A stretch of DNA of 63,037 nt, the filler included, from Klebsormidium nitens (taxonomy: Eukaryota > Plantae > Klebsormidiophyceae), in assembly GCA_000708835.1 (NCBI GenBank). It is 7 parts of 7 records of this genome, joined end to end, with 100 filler letters (N's around TTAATTAATTAA, not from the genome) between each part and the next. Parts side by side here need not be neighbours in the genome. Positions count along the whole stretch, not along the records: positions 1 to 20,842 come from DF237903.1; positions 20,943 to 31,979 come from DF238138.1; 5 more parts are not named here. One strand, given 5' to 3'. Positions within the stretch are counted from its first letter, which is position 1. Each line of letters starts with the position of its first letter. Below the pieces are notes generated by a model. It did not search any database and had not been told where the DNA came from. It was given only the letters and a program-made list of their open reading frames with translations. Below, in pieces: positions 13,570 to 26,000 of the stretch. A program made the position numbers and the translations under genes.

Positions 13570-14804
13570 AAACGGGTGGTTTCATGGTTACATCCTGTTG
13601 ACCAAGTGAAGCTGACAAGTGCTGAATCAACCCCTCCATCAAGCTGGCTTGAGTGATGTAATCTGACTTTTCTGAGGACCGAGGCTACGAGAATGTTGGC
13701 TGTGTATGCTTGACTTGATCAAAGTCAAACAGGGTGGCAGTGTTCTGTCCATCAACGGTAGTCGCGGCCACTGTTGAAAGGGGCTGTTTTATTTGGTGCG
13801 TTGGCCCTCAATCACTCGTCGCAAGGAGAGTCTCCTCTTCTTCAACGGCATGCAGTTGCTTTTGCTTGTGTGAATGGCAGCTATTCTTGACGACCAGCTG
13901 CTTTTAATCGCCAATCAGACCACAATTCTCTACGCTGATTATAGAATTTTACAAAACCCTATAATAACTCTATATGGGCATGTCTGAACCATTTCGAGCG
14001 CATCATGCGTCCGTTCTCCTGTTTGGTATTTGATGTGGCATGTGATGTAGATCTACCTACCGATCGTGAGCCGTAGCGATAATCGACCATCAGATACTGA
14101 GATGACTGCATCATGTGTGCCGGGAGGCACAAACATGTTACATCCACGCAATAAATTGCACCTTTACGATACGAGCTCATGAGCGCTGCAACTCTGATGG
14201 CCAATGAAAATTATTTGCAAAGAATTTGCATGGCATGCACGCGTATCGATTCACCTCAGCTCAGGCCCGATTGCATGCAGGTCATGCATTGACCAACATG
14301 TCAACAAAAAGGTTCTGACCAGACTCGCTCGTGATCCCATGAGAGCTAACGCGCTCAAAATTACTCACAGCATGCAGTTGAGTAAATCACTCTCGCTCAT
14401 GTGCACTGCACTGATGCGTGGCTGAGTAGGGTCGGTGCATGGAAGCTTGGCATGCCTAAGATACGACAGACCTCGCAAACAGTTGCACTTCGGGTCACTG
14501 TACTACGAGAAGCCGTCGACAGAACCATTTACGAATATTGCACACGCTACGGTGAGCTTACGGGATAGCAAGCTCAGTGACCGACCCTTCTTCCTAGAGT
14601 CCCCTTCTTCCGTCAATCTGTCTGTAAAAAGTAGGGCACGACGAAATGACCTGATCGCATTTGGAAGAGCTTCCATTGCAGCACGCAAGCTTAGCTCTTC
14701 TTCAACTCGTCCGTCTGACAGCACCACGCGCGCTTGTGCCTAGCTTTCTGAGGTTTCCCAATACACAGGCCACCAACAGCTCACAGCGCCCCTTCCCCAC
14801 CCGG

Positions 14805-17800
14805 CTACGGGCTTCCCCTGCCTGCCGCAGCAGCCATGTCGTGGAGCAGGGCTTCGACGTCGTCCTTCTCGCGGGGGACCCCTTGTGACAGCACCTGCAC
14901 CCCACCCGCGCCGTGGGGTCACGCCGGGCCACCACCGAGAAATGCTTGAGATGTAAGAGGCGCAAGCACGTAGAACATTAGCAATGAGCAGCGTGTAGCG
15001 TACTTTCTGAGACGTACCTCTGGCTCCCCGTCGGTGATGAGCACGTCGTCCTCGATGCGGATGCCAATGTCCCACAGCCTGCGCACGCAGCCACGGGGGA
15101 GCAACTTCCGGTAAACAACACTCACAAAAGAACAGCCTAACCGACCAAGATCACCATGGAAGAAGCGAATGTCTCTGGTCACTTCCAGGCAACATGGGCC
15201 CGCAGCGCACAACGGCAGGACTAACAACCCTGGGAAGCCTGCACACCGCTCCAACAGGCGCCCATAAAGGAACGAGGCAACCACTACAGCCGCACCACGG
15301 ATCAATCCGTGTCGGAATGCAGGTCACAAGAGATTCTGATGCGGCCCGCATCACTTGGAGGCGTCGGGCGTCCGCTGCCCAGGCCGAGAGGTGGGGCCGG
15401 CTCACCAGGCGGGCGTGTCGGGGTGGGCCGGGAAGTACAGCCCGGGCTCCAGCGCCAGCACCTGCAGCGGCCCGGGGCAGGGGTCAGGGAGGGGGAAAGG
15501 AACAAGCCGGGGGAGACACAGGGAGCACTGGGGAAGGAGCCCAGGAATATCGACGCCGGCGAGTGGAAGGAAAAGGTTCCTAGGCAATCGGGGGTAAATG
15601 CGCGACGCGCCCGGCGCTCACCACTCCCGGCTGCAGCGGCGTGGTCAGGCTCACGGTGGCGCAGTCGTGCGTGTCCATGCCTGGCAGCGCACAAAAGTGA
15701 GAGGGGTCAGGGCCGCGCGGGGATCAGCTCTTGTTGCACCACGTGCGCCCGGCACAAGGATGCCACAATGGATCTGCCAAGCCAGCATGCAACACATTTC
15801 TTGAATGTTCTTGTGCTCGCACGTAGTCAAGGTATCGAGACAGCCCCGTCTTTTTTTGTCTTCTTTCCATCCAGGTATCCTCTCTGACCAGCCGCCCGGA
15901 TTTGGCCACGCTCTGCTGCGACTGCCAGTCAAAGCTTCGTTCACTTGAAGCATCACCCCGCTGCTGTCAGGCACGTTCAAGCGGTCATATCCGCGCTTCT
16001 GCTCGTGCACGTTTGCTTGCGGCATCGCTCACCCAGCCAGTGCCCCACCGAGTGCGCGTAGAAGCGCGTGTACGGCTGCGTGTGCGGCAGCCGGCTGCTC
16101 AGCGGCGCCCCAAACTCCTTCATCGCTGACGTCAGCAGCGCCACCTGCGTATCACCACCATCCATCGCTGAGTTCTGGGGGCAACGTTACTCACCAGGCC
16201 GCCATACGCGGGCGTTGCGGCGAGGACGCACGACACCAGAGGACGCGCTACCTTACTTGTTTCCAAGGAAAGAGGGGGGGCAGAACGGCGACCTTCCAGG
16301 ATGGGGCCGGGAAGGGTGAGGCCAAACCCAGAGAAATTGGTGAGCTCATGCTGTCTTGAGGAGAGGCGGCGGAAACGAGATGCTCGCGGTGGGATCGTCG
16401 AGGGGACCGGCGAGCAGGCTCGTGAGTGCATATCGGGGTGCAGCAGACGCCCTCTTCTCAACGTGAAGAAACTCGCAGCGGGGGCTAGGTTTGAACGGGA
16501 CATTCAGCAGGCCAAAAAGCACGCACTTGCGGAGCAACCACGAAGACGGGTGGGGTTACTTGAGATCTACAGAAGGGAGTCAGATGGAGTGGGTGCGTCG
16601 AGTAGGAACCTTGAAGCACGTACTCCCAGTCAGAGCCAAGACACGGCCCCGAGTGTATCACAACTGTTGCAGGATGCGCGCGCTCACCGAGGTGGCGTGG
16701 ATGTCGTGCAGGGTGCGGCCGGGGCGGCACAGGGCCAGGCACGCGCGCCACACCGACAGCACCGCACTGTACACGCGGGCCTGCACGCAGCGGCAATGGA
16801 GGATGAGGGAGGCAGACCAGCGCCAGCGGCGAGTGGGGCTGCGGTGAAGCCAGTACATGCAGCGGGGCTGTAGGCCAACAGCCCGGGCTGACTCACGGGG
16901 AGACGACAATGTTCGAAGGGAGAACGTGAGGGCAATCTCCTCAGGAGTGGAGAAAGGGAGCAGCCAATCTAACCATGTCGTTGCTGGAAGACTCAAAACC
17001 TACGCGCATCCAATTCCGATTGGAAAGACAAGGCGGCAGGCGTCCCGCGCAGTGCATTCACCTGGTCCGGGGTGAAGGTCCCCGCGACGGGCCACGAGCG
17101 CGTGACGTCCGAGGAGTAGCCGTGCAGCTCACAGCCAGCGTCCATCGTCAGCAGCTCCCCCGGCCGCGCCTACTGGAGACACAGCCGCACGCGGGTCAAG
17201 ACAGATACAAGTTACAACGCACAGCAAAGACTCTGACAAGAGTGTCTGGAAGATGTGCAGGAATGAATTGAGGACTGGTCAAGCAGATTTCAGAAAGTTG
17301 GAGCCAGAAAGCGGGAACAAGCGTCTGGGTGATGAGCAGGGGTGTAGGGTGTATCCTTCATGCCAGGTGGCAGTCGCTGACTGCGTTGGGCGCTGCTGCC
17401 CCGCAGTCAGTGCCGGTGCACGCGTGGGAGCCCTCGAGCGGGAAGGTTGACTCGCTTGAAGTAATCGAGCACCTAACCCCAACATTCTCCGTGAGCGATC
17501 GACGCGGCTGCCGCGTCTTCCGGTCCTCACCTGCTTGTCGTGGCGGCTGTAGTGGATACAACACCCGTTGCGGCCCGCACCGACCACCGGGGGATACCTG
17601 CACGCCTAGCACCCGTTAACGTGGCTGCGTGCAGGCAACCGCACAGGGCTGCGGACACTGCTTGCGGCATTGCCAAATCACTTGTGCACGCAAGGCCACA
17701 CCAGGCACCTTGAGAGACCAGCCTTTCAGAGGCGCATTGCCCTGCGGCAGGGCTGTCGGACAGGGGCTGCTCACGCCATTCGCTGCGCCCCTCGCCGCTT

Positions 17801-20358
17801 GCACTCGTACTCGAACGCGGCAGCCACTGCATGCTCGTGACGGCTCTCCAAAGACACCCGCATGCCCTGCAGCCACGACGCGCGGAACAGACTCAGGATG
17901 TCGCAACACCTCTGACACCGGTGACACTTCCAAATGGAAGGCTTGCTTGGAAGCGAATGCCGGATGCTTGAGCCTATTGTTGATAGGGGACTACCGACGA
18001 AGAAGTGTACCGGAGAATCTCTGGACAAAGCGCAAGGACAAGGGGTAGACGATGTGCCAGGAGATGCTCCAGGACAACGGCAAGACTCGGAAACCGACTT
18101 CCGGGGGAGATTTCTAAGGAAAGGCACTCTTCGCCTGCGTACCTCCTTGAAAGCAGCCGCAGTAACCGCACTGACAGCCCGCATGCGCTCGATCTGCCAC
18201 ATAGAAGAGAAGAGGCTTCAGCAATTAGTATGTAAGCAAGCTTATCGACAAGATCAGGGCTTCATAGAGGACGGTTCCAACAGACTCGAACAACGGCTTT
18301 GAAAGTCGACAGCAGCACCTGTCCTTGCTGAACGAGCTAGCCCCGGAAGCACCTTTCCGACAAAGTGGCGGGCGCACCTCGGCGCTCGACTTTTTCCACC
18401 GGAGACGGTGCACGAGGGGCCGCAGTGGACGCACCAGCCTGCACAAGCGGGGAGGGATAGCCTGACAGCAAGCCATGCGGCAGAATCCCTCGTGCAGTTG
18501 CTAAATTTTTTTGAAACCCCCAGCCAAACCCAGCTTTGACAGGATTTTGCTGCACCCTTTTCAACAATCAAACGACAGGCAAGCAGCGTACCAGGCTCAA
18601 GCAGGCAGTTGCTGCGCCTGATCGCCCTTTTTATCATTTACCGGAGTCCTTGTTAGCTCCGAGTTTGGATCCAGATCTTCACGTCATCTTCGTCCTTGCC
18701 CTCCGGGAGGCTCCGCCTGGCTCACCCTTGCTCGAGTGCGCGCCCCAGTGCGGGCAGCACGCGGTGCAGGCCCGGGTCAGCGGCCCTGCCGTCATAGAAG
18801 AGCTGCACCCCCGCGCTCAGCAAGGTAGCCACGTGCCCCCCTAGCTGCTCGAGCCGCGGCGCCTCATCCGCACCAAACAGCGACAGCGCCGCAGACGAGT
18901 CAGCAAGGGGGCCGTCCCAACGCTCTCGCTGCAAAGAGTTCATCTCGCTGGTGTCACCAATCTGTTGGTGGAAACTGATGTCCGCAAGGAAAAGACAATG
19001 GATACTTCAAGGGATTGTTGGAAGCAAGAGACCGAAGCTTCGAACCTTGAAGGAAAGAAGAAAGTGGGGTGGACACAAACATTGATGAACCGTTTGGTTC
19101 AGACATTGTCATCTGATCCCACACGAAATTCACAGAACAAGGCAATCGTTACTGACATATTATCGAAGGGGGGCCAGACAGACCATCTGCAGTGCCACAA
19201 ATCCCGGTGACATGGAACTAGAATCAGCTGAATCTTTGGGAGTGGTCGTGGCAGGCACCCTAACAATACTGGCACGAATTCAAGCTGGGGGCACGAAGAT
19301 AAAGCCACGCTTTAGCAAACGAAACCACGAGTAGGGTGCATAGAAGGAAGTGCTGCTTGAGCTAATTGACGGAAGCGTCAATGGCTGGCCTGCTGTACAA
19401 CCAGGTGCCCCAAAGCCGCCTCACCACAACATCCCTGGGGGGCATGAACATGGCGAAGCGCGCCCCGTCCGCCCCCCCGCGCTTCTCTAGCACCGCCACG
19501 CCGCCCGGCTGCAGACACCCGGTCAGGTATGCGAAGTCCGCATCTTGGCGGTACGGGTATGGAATGACCCCGGCCATGTAGACAGGCGGGGCCGCAGGTA
19601 GGAGTGCAACGCTGCGGGGGGGTAGCAGGGCCAGCAGAGCGGAGCGGCGCGCCGCATACTCCGCAGCGGAGATGCCCGGGGTGACCTCGCCGGGGGCAAG
19701 CAACTAGAGGAACGGAGAGGGGGAGGCAGCAAGCCCCCGCACAAGGTTCAGTTTGGAGAAGATGGAAAGCTGGCCAAAGAAAGAGCATGAGGGGGGCCAA
19801 GACGAGGGCAGCGATGTTGACACAACAGACCCAACATGGAGAGCTGGGGTACGACAGCGGACTGCATTCTGACAGGGTTCAGCATATGTACACCACCATC
19901 TGCATTGCCGCGTGTCACAGACGGCGCGTCTTCGATTCAATCCAAAGAAGTTACCACATGCCAGTGGATTTGCGCTGAGCTTCTCGTTGACCAGAACCAG
20001 GCCCCTTCTTTCTAACGGTTCAACCTCGGAGAATTCGTTCCGGTTCGCTGCTCGCCAGTCCACATTCCCGGCCTGCATTCGCACTTGTGGCCATGTCCTC
20101 TTCGGCATGTCCTCCTCCACCAATACTCTAAAGGTCCCTCACCTCAGGGTGCGTCTCAGGTGATGGCTGCCCACAGTCCGCCGGGGATGAAACAAAGCCC
20201 CGCCATATCCACAGGGAAGGGCAGGGCCAGCCGCGCGGCGGGCATGCCCCCGGGTGGGCATCGAAGCCCGATGACGAAGGCGGCCACACTGCGCGCACGG
20301 CGGGCCACGCAGGTGCCAAGGGGGGGAGGGAGCGGGCAAAGAGCGGCCGGAGGAACAT
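14805..20358 (-). CDS. ICP55: Xaa-Pro aminopeptidase (M24B), ICP55-like mitochondrial intermediate cleaving peptidase, 14 exons
   Basis: Exons (minus) 20143-20358, 19425-19703, 18726-18928, 18378-18438, 18143-18193, 17775-17866, 17531-17597, 17062-17169, 16688-16780, 16033-16144, 15622-15680, 15406-15461, 15018-15078, 14805-14894. GQPSPETHPE|LLAPGEVTPGI, PYRQDADFAYLTG; metal ligands MDAG, SSDVTR, GHWLGMDTHD, LEPG, RIEDD all intact; Arg/Pro/Ala-rich acid-poor N-terminus resembles a transit peptide. Confidence 0.9.
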
Positions 20359-20689
20359 GGGAGCGAGCGGTGCTTAGAGGCAGTCAGACAGGCATGGCAG
20401 ATTTTGTGGAAGAAGTGTGAGTGCACGGGCGGTGCTAGCTCTGACATTGGTTGCGCAACAAGCGGGGACAGAGTCCTGGAAGTGCAAAGGTGGTGCCAAG
20501 TTGGCGCGGTTGTCCCAGAATTTAGGCTGATTCTAGTGCCAATCTTCCAGACTGGCGGCTGATGCTACCTGGATGCTGCTGCCAATCGTGCTGGTCCAAT
20601 GGCGTTGAGTCAGAGCTGAGAGTAGGCAGCTAGGATACAGACCACCTGCACTTCACTCTAATTTTGAAAGTCTGTGAACTGAACACTGG

Positions 20690-20723
20690 CAACATCAACA
20701 TCAACATCAATCAACATCAACAT
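20690..20723 (+). repeat. (CAACAT)n microsatellite upstream of the ICP55-like start
   Basis: caacat x3, caat, caacat x2. Confidence 0.8.
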
Positions 20724-20842
20724 GTACATCTATGTACTACTTGCTTTGGACAAACCAGCTAAGGGTACCGTCATTTTGTAACTGGTACCCCCCCATATTT
20801 GAATCGACCATTTTCGGAAGTTGCCCCTTGCCAGGACGGTGA

Positions 20843-20942
20843 NNNNNNNNNNNNNNNNNNNNNNNNNNNNNNNNNNNNNNNNNNNNTTAATTAATTAANN
20901 NNNNNNNNNNNNNNNNNNNNNNNNNNNNNNNNNNNNNNNNNN
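20843..20942. other. Assembly gap spacer (44 N + TTAATTAATTAA + 44 N)
   Basis: The same 100-nt spacer recurs at 31980, 44055, 48551, 58805 and 61253; sized N gaps at 33655-34162 and 38899-39795. Confidence 0.95.
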
Positions 20943-21562
20943 TCATACTCAGTATGGTCCAAACATCATGACTTATGATCGACAGTGCATACGGTAATAT
21001 GAGGTTTCGCTCATAATATCGGAGAGACTGGGTTGGTCATCGGATCATTTGCGCGGGCGGCCGCCTAGCCCCGCCTAGCTGAGCCCCCGCCCGGCCCGTT
21101 AGAAGACGGTAGGTAGTGAATGAAGCTAACACGTGTCTGACTTGTTCTTTAGACAAAACAAATCTCGCTATCTTGGGAACGCAAGTGGTGCATGAGAGTG
21201 CTTAATTCGGCGCTGCCATTCGTACTATCACTAATTAAGGTATGTTGCGCTATACTAAGCTAGCATGAAGCTAGCAAGACTCGCAGCCTTGCCAAGCCCG
21301 TCACACTGGGATACTGGGATATGATCCCAAAGTTGGAACGCGATTTCATGGCCTTGAGTCTCGTATGCATCCGGACAATCAGTGTAACGGCCGCTTCTTG
21401 TGAATGTACAAGTTGCATGAATGATTATCCAAAAATTGTGCACTTGTTCTCATTCCAATGTGCCTTCACTACTTTTCCATCAGCTAGGTTTGGACCGATG
21501 TATAGCACATGAAGATCCGGGACGGTAGCTAGGCGTCAGAACCCAAACATTTATTCCCATGT

Positions 21563-21610
21563 ATGCCATGGAAGCCTTTGGCCCATGTGGCTACGGCAAT
21601 TGAAAAGACA
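21563..21610 (+). repeat. Dispersed repeat copy 2 (partner at 9173-9220)
   Basis: atgccatggaagcctttggcccatgtggctacggcaattgaaaagaca, same orientation as copy 1. Confidence 0.8.
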
Positions 21611-23084
21611 ACATCATCCGGCTGCGGGGAGATCCTCAAAGAATTGGGGTGTACATTTTCGTCACACAAGTAAAGCCGCCAACATTAAGCCCTAGTACAC
21701 ACCGGCCAAGTTGAAGATTCTTAGAATGGCATTATAGTGATTGAATTGATCAAACGACCAGCAAGTATTACAAGTGCGTGCACTTTATCCGCATGCAAGA
21801 TAGTTGTCGCAAACCCGACAGCCCAAATTGAGCAACAAGACACAAAACCATTTGATCACACTTCAAAAATCTACGTACGGTAGTTCCGGTCTTCCAATGG
21901 TTCAGTACGGTGGACATCGATGCGCTTGTGGTGAGGCGTACGTACTCCCAATAAGCGAAAATGTCGACAAGGTAAAAGGTTCAGAATGTCAACCTACACA
22001 AAGCACGTCTGCTAGCCCTCATACTTGAGTCCACGCTAAGACCCTTGCTCGGAGAGTGGCTGTTCACAGTCATTTGGGTCCTTGAGCAGGCGGATTGAGA
22101 GTGGAGGGGTTACCCGTAAGCTTTGCTTCCACATGGAAGGCGGCAACGCTGTCCCTCTCATGATGACCCTATTTTTGACCAGCTACTGCATGCCAACAGT
22201 CTAAAGCCCGCCCCGACATTTGACAGCCGGCGCGGCGCTTCCTGATCCACAATCTACTCTGATCCCCCTGATCTCTGAGCTCGATACTCAGCTACTCTTA
22301 GACTGCCCACGACACGTATAAGAAAAAGCAAAGGCGTGTGACTGCGGTGCGAGTGACTACATCCGACAAGCTCCTACGGCGATAACACGACGACACAACC
22401 TACAAACCCTAGCCAGCATCAAAGGTCCTAGAAATGGCTTAACCGTGGCACCAATGGGCACTCCTCAACGGTAATATCAATGCTGGGTAAGCGCGCTCCT
22501 CTGGGATTCCCAAACCCTTTACGCGCTCCTCGGAGCCCGATCTGATCGCCAGACCGGAGCGGTCAGATAAGCTATCTGTACAGCCGACCAGGGCCCCAAA
22601 TTGCCGGCTTTCCCCAGCAAGTATAAAGCTCGCCGGTCGCAAGCGACGCAGCATCTGATGACGTGCGTATCGGACGCAAGCCCACTCACGCACGCCGTCC
22701 AAAGCCTGCAACCTGTGTGCACCTGCCGTTTGACGGAACCCTACAACCTGTGACGTCACAGACCTCACGGAGCTGCCTCTCCCGAAATCGATCTCTTCGA
22801 CGGCGCGGCGCCACCTCACGCACAGGGGGTGATGCTCCACCCCCCCAGCGCACGGCGCTCCGCTTCTAAACGTTACCCACGCCAGTCGACTTATTCTTCC
22901 AAAATCCTTTCCGCATCAGGATCAACATCTGCACTGATTCTCAGACCCCTTCACCTCCGGATCCGGCTTTTCAGACCCAGCAGAACCTTCAACACCCTTC
23001 ACATTCCCAAATCCCCAGGACCTCCGCGTGTTTCATCCAGCAAACCCTTGCAGGAAACTCACAACCTCCCGCTAACCCCGCTTC

Positions 23085-26000
23085 TCAGCTTCCTGCCAGC
23101 TGTCCCGCCGGCAGCTGTCCGCCGTCGCCGCTGCGCCCCTCCTCCTTCTTCGCCACGTCAGCCCACGACGCGGACCCCCCCTCCAGTGCGGACGCAGCAG
23201 GCGCCTCCCACCCGCCCGAAAAGGCGTCCAAAACGCCGTTCGAAATGCTGCCCCCCGGGAACGCGCCCCCAGCGCTGTTGCTCCTGTGGAACAGGGGGGG
23301 GGTGGCCTTCGCCCCCTCTTTCTCCCCCCCGCCCGCGGTCAGCCGCTCGACCGCCTGCTGCAGGGCCTGCGTCTTCGCGGGGCCCTCCTCCGCGAGCCCC
23401 TGCTGCTCGGGCCCGGGCGACTTGTACGCCCGGAACCCCTGCGGGCTGCCGCCAGCTGTCAGGTTCTCGGACGGCGCGTCCAGGGACAGCGTCCGCGGGA
23501 GCATGTCGGACGGCGCCTTGCTCGCCGTCTTCTCCGATTCGGGGGTGTCCTCCAGAACCACAAAGCGCGATTTGGTGAGGGGCCCCTTGGCGAGGGGAGG
23601 CGCCGCCAGCTTCGGCCGCGGGCTCGCGATCTCCCCCCCGGTTTCAGCGGCGCCAGGTGTCGGCGGCTTGGCTGCTTCCGGACGCGGGCTGTCCTTGCGG
23701 GGGGACAGTTTGCCCTTGTCGGGGGAACCCCCCTCCGACAGCACCTCGTCCAGCATCTTCCCGACCAGCTCCGCGTGGCTGTCGTCGTCCTTCGGACCAG
23801 TCACCTTCGGGCCGTCCGAACCGTCTCCCGCACTGTCCGTATTCTTTGCCCCCTCGACAACCGCCGGGGTGACTTCTGGAGCGTCCGCCGACAGCTTGGC
23901 GCTCTCCCCGTTTCCGTCTTTCTTGTTTGCCTCGGCAGCGGAGCCGCGCGCGCTGAGCTCGAGTTTCTCGAGCAGCGCGGCCTTCTGCTCCTGCTGTCGC
24001 TGGCGGAGTGCGAGTTCCTCCTCGCGCTGCTTCTTGCGCAGCTCGAGCAGCTCTTCCGTGTGCGCCATCTCCATCTCGCCAAGGGCGTCCTTGTGGTTGA
24101 TCGCCGTCGTCAGGTTTGCCGCGATTTCTTCCTCCAGCGACTCCATCTGCTTCTCCAGCCTGCGATGTTGGCGGAACATTTTGAGGTTAGCAATGGAACC
24201 GGAATCAGTAAAGAAGTAAAAATCGCAGCGCGACTGTCGCAAGAGACAACCTGCTTCAACAAGCGTGAGCTGCCGTTCAAACAACCGCAACTACGTTCCC
24301 TAAAGGATCCATCTGTGTATTCAGCGAGAAGAGGACACGACAAGTTGGTAAAGCCCCATGTATCCACATCGGGCTGTGGACGAACTCGAAGAAAGTGCGA
24401 TCGCCTGGCTGGTACATCCTCTACGTTCGGGAAGACCAGATGCTTCACCAGCACCTTTCCGACCAGCATTTGTTGTCTATGTAGCAACAGGCCCCAAGCA
24501 ACATCAGGCACACGAGAAATCAAATTTGCCGTTCATCCAGGCCGATCCCCTCTCGCTAAGCGGCTTTCCCTCAACCGAGCGGGCTACTCTCGGAAGATAG
24601 CAATGATACAGACCCGCAGAATCCTGACACCCACCTGGCCTTCTCGCCCTCCTCCTCTGCCCCGTCCTTGAGCGTCTCGAGCGCGCTCAGGCGCTTGGCG
24701 TCGGACGCCTCCCGCTCGCGGCGTTTGGCCAGCGCGTCCTGCTCTGTGGCCGTGAATTGCGTCGCCAGCTCCTTGAACTTGCCGTCGTAGAACAGCTCCT
24801 GAGACTCCAGCTGAAAACCAAGAAGGAGACGAACTAGGGACCGAGTAGTAGACCGAACGACCAGGGCTTTTTGGTCCTGATCTATCAAACAGAAATCCGA
24901 GCAGTATCTGAAGACGCTCCCATTTGCAGTAAGCCTGATCCACCAAGAGAGGGGTCACTGCACTCAAGTTCCGGCTGCTGCTGACAGGCGAGGCGGTCCA
25001 CATGGAGCAACTACGTTGTCGAACATACACAGAATTTGAAAGAAGTTATCGCCCAGAGGCTCGTTTAGTGGACCCAACCGTACCAGATCCTACCAACCCT
25101 CCTAGGATCATTGGCTCCGCTCACACCCAACAAGTGCTTGACCCTTCGGCGGCTGCAGACAATCAAAAAGCATCGCAAGCCCTCACAAGCCCTCACCGCC
25201 CTGCACCTAACCTCCTCCTCGTCCTTCTCCTTTTGCGGCTGCAAAGAACCTCAGATCCTCGCAACCCTCTCACAAAATCGTTTCAAGGGCTCTAAAGCTG
25301 CTCAAAACCGTTGCGCCAGCGCTCACCTCCTCCTCGTGCTTATCCTTTTGCTGCTGCTGCAGCTGCTCCATCTTGGCGTAGCGCTCCTGCAGGTTGCGCA
25401 GCTTCTTGCTCTGCACGCGCAGCTCGCTCTCCGCGCGCGCGCGCGCGCCCTCGTCCTCGGCGGCCTTCTCGCGCAGGCGCGACACCTCGCCCGCCTCCGC
25501 GAGGCGCTGCTGCTCGCGGCGCGCCTTCTCGTCGTCGACCGCCTCCTTCTTGGACTCGGTCCACCACTTGACCAGCTGGCCCGCCTTGCCGTTCTTGCCC
25601 TTGGCGAACTTGTCCAACTGCAACAGAGGGGGGAAAAACGCCGTTGTCAGCATCAACAGTTTCGTCCGCAGTTTGTTTGGAGTCAAAGGAAAGGGTTATA
25701 GAGTCCACATGTGACCCAGGTGTGGACAAGATGAGATTGAAAGGCAGGAAACGCTGCAAAACTTTGAACTCCAGTGCACTTGGTGGTCCGAAACAATGGT
25801 GTGGCCAGCGCTTCAAGCAGCCCAAGACTCTTTGGTTCCAAATTGTTGCCCGCAGAACCGAGAGACGAGTTTGCTCTCCGAACTTTTACAAATTCTCATA
25901 TCTGTACCAGCAAGCTAATTCTGATGAAGGCAACTTTCAGAGATGCGCACAGCTTCCGGGTCACAAAAAGAGTATAAGCAGAGCAGTGCTGTGCTCCTTA

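Noticed and set aside
20887-20898. TTAATTAATTAA repeated six times in the window, each centred in Ns
   Set aside because: Identical 44N-12-44N format with stops in all six frames; an assembly spacer, not biology.
23245-24671. Long plus-strand ORFs (324 and 461 aa) opposite the SGS3 last exon
   Set aside because: Antisense shadows of a GC-rich exon; no recognisable motifs.
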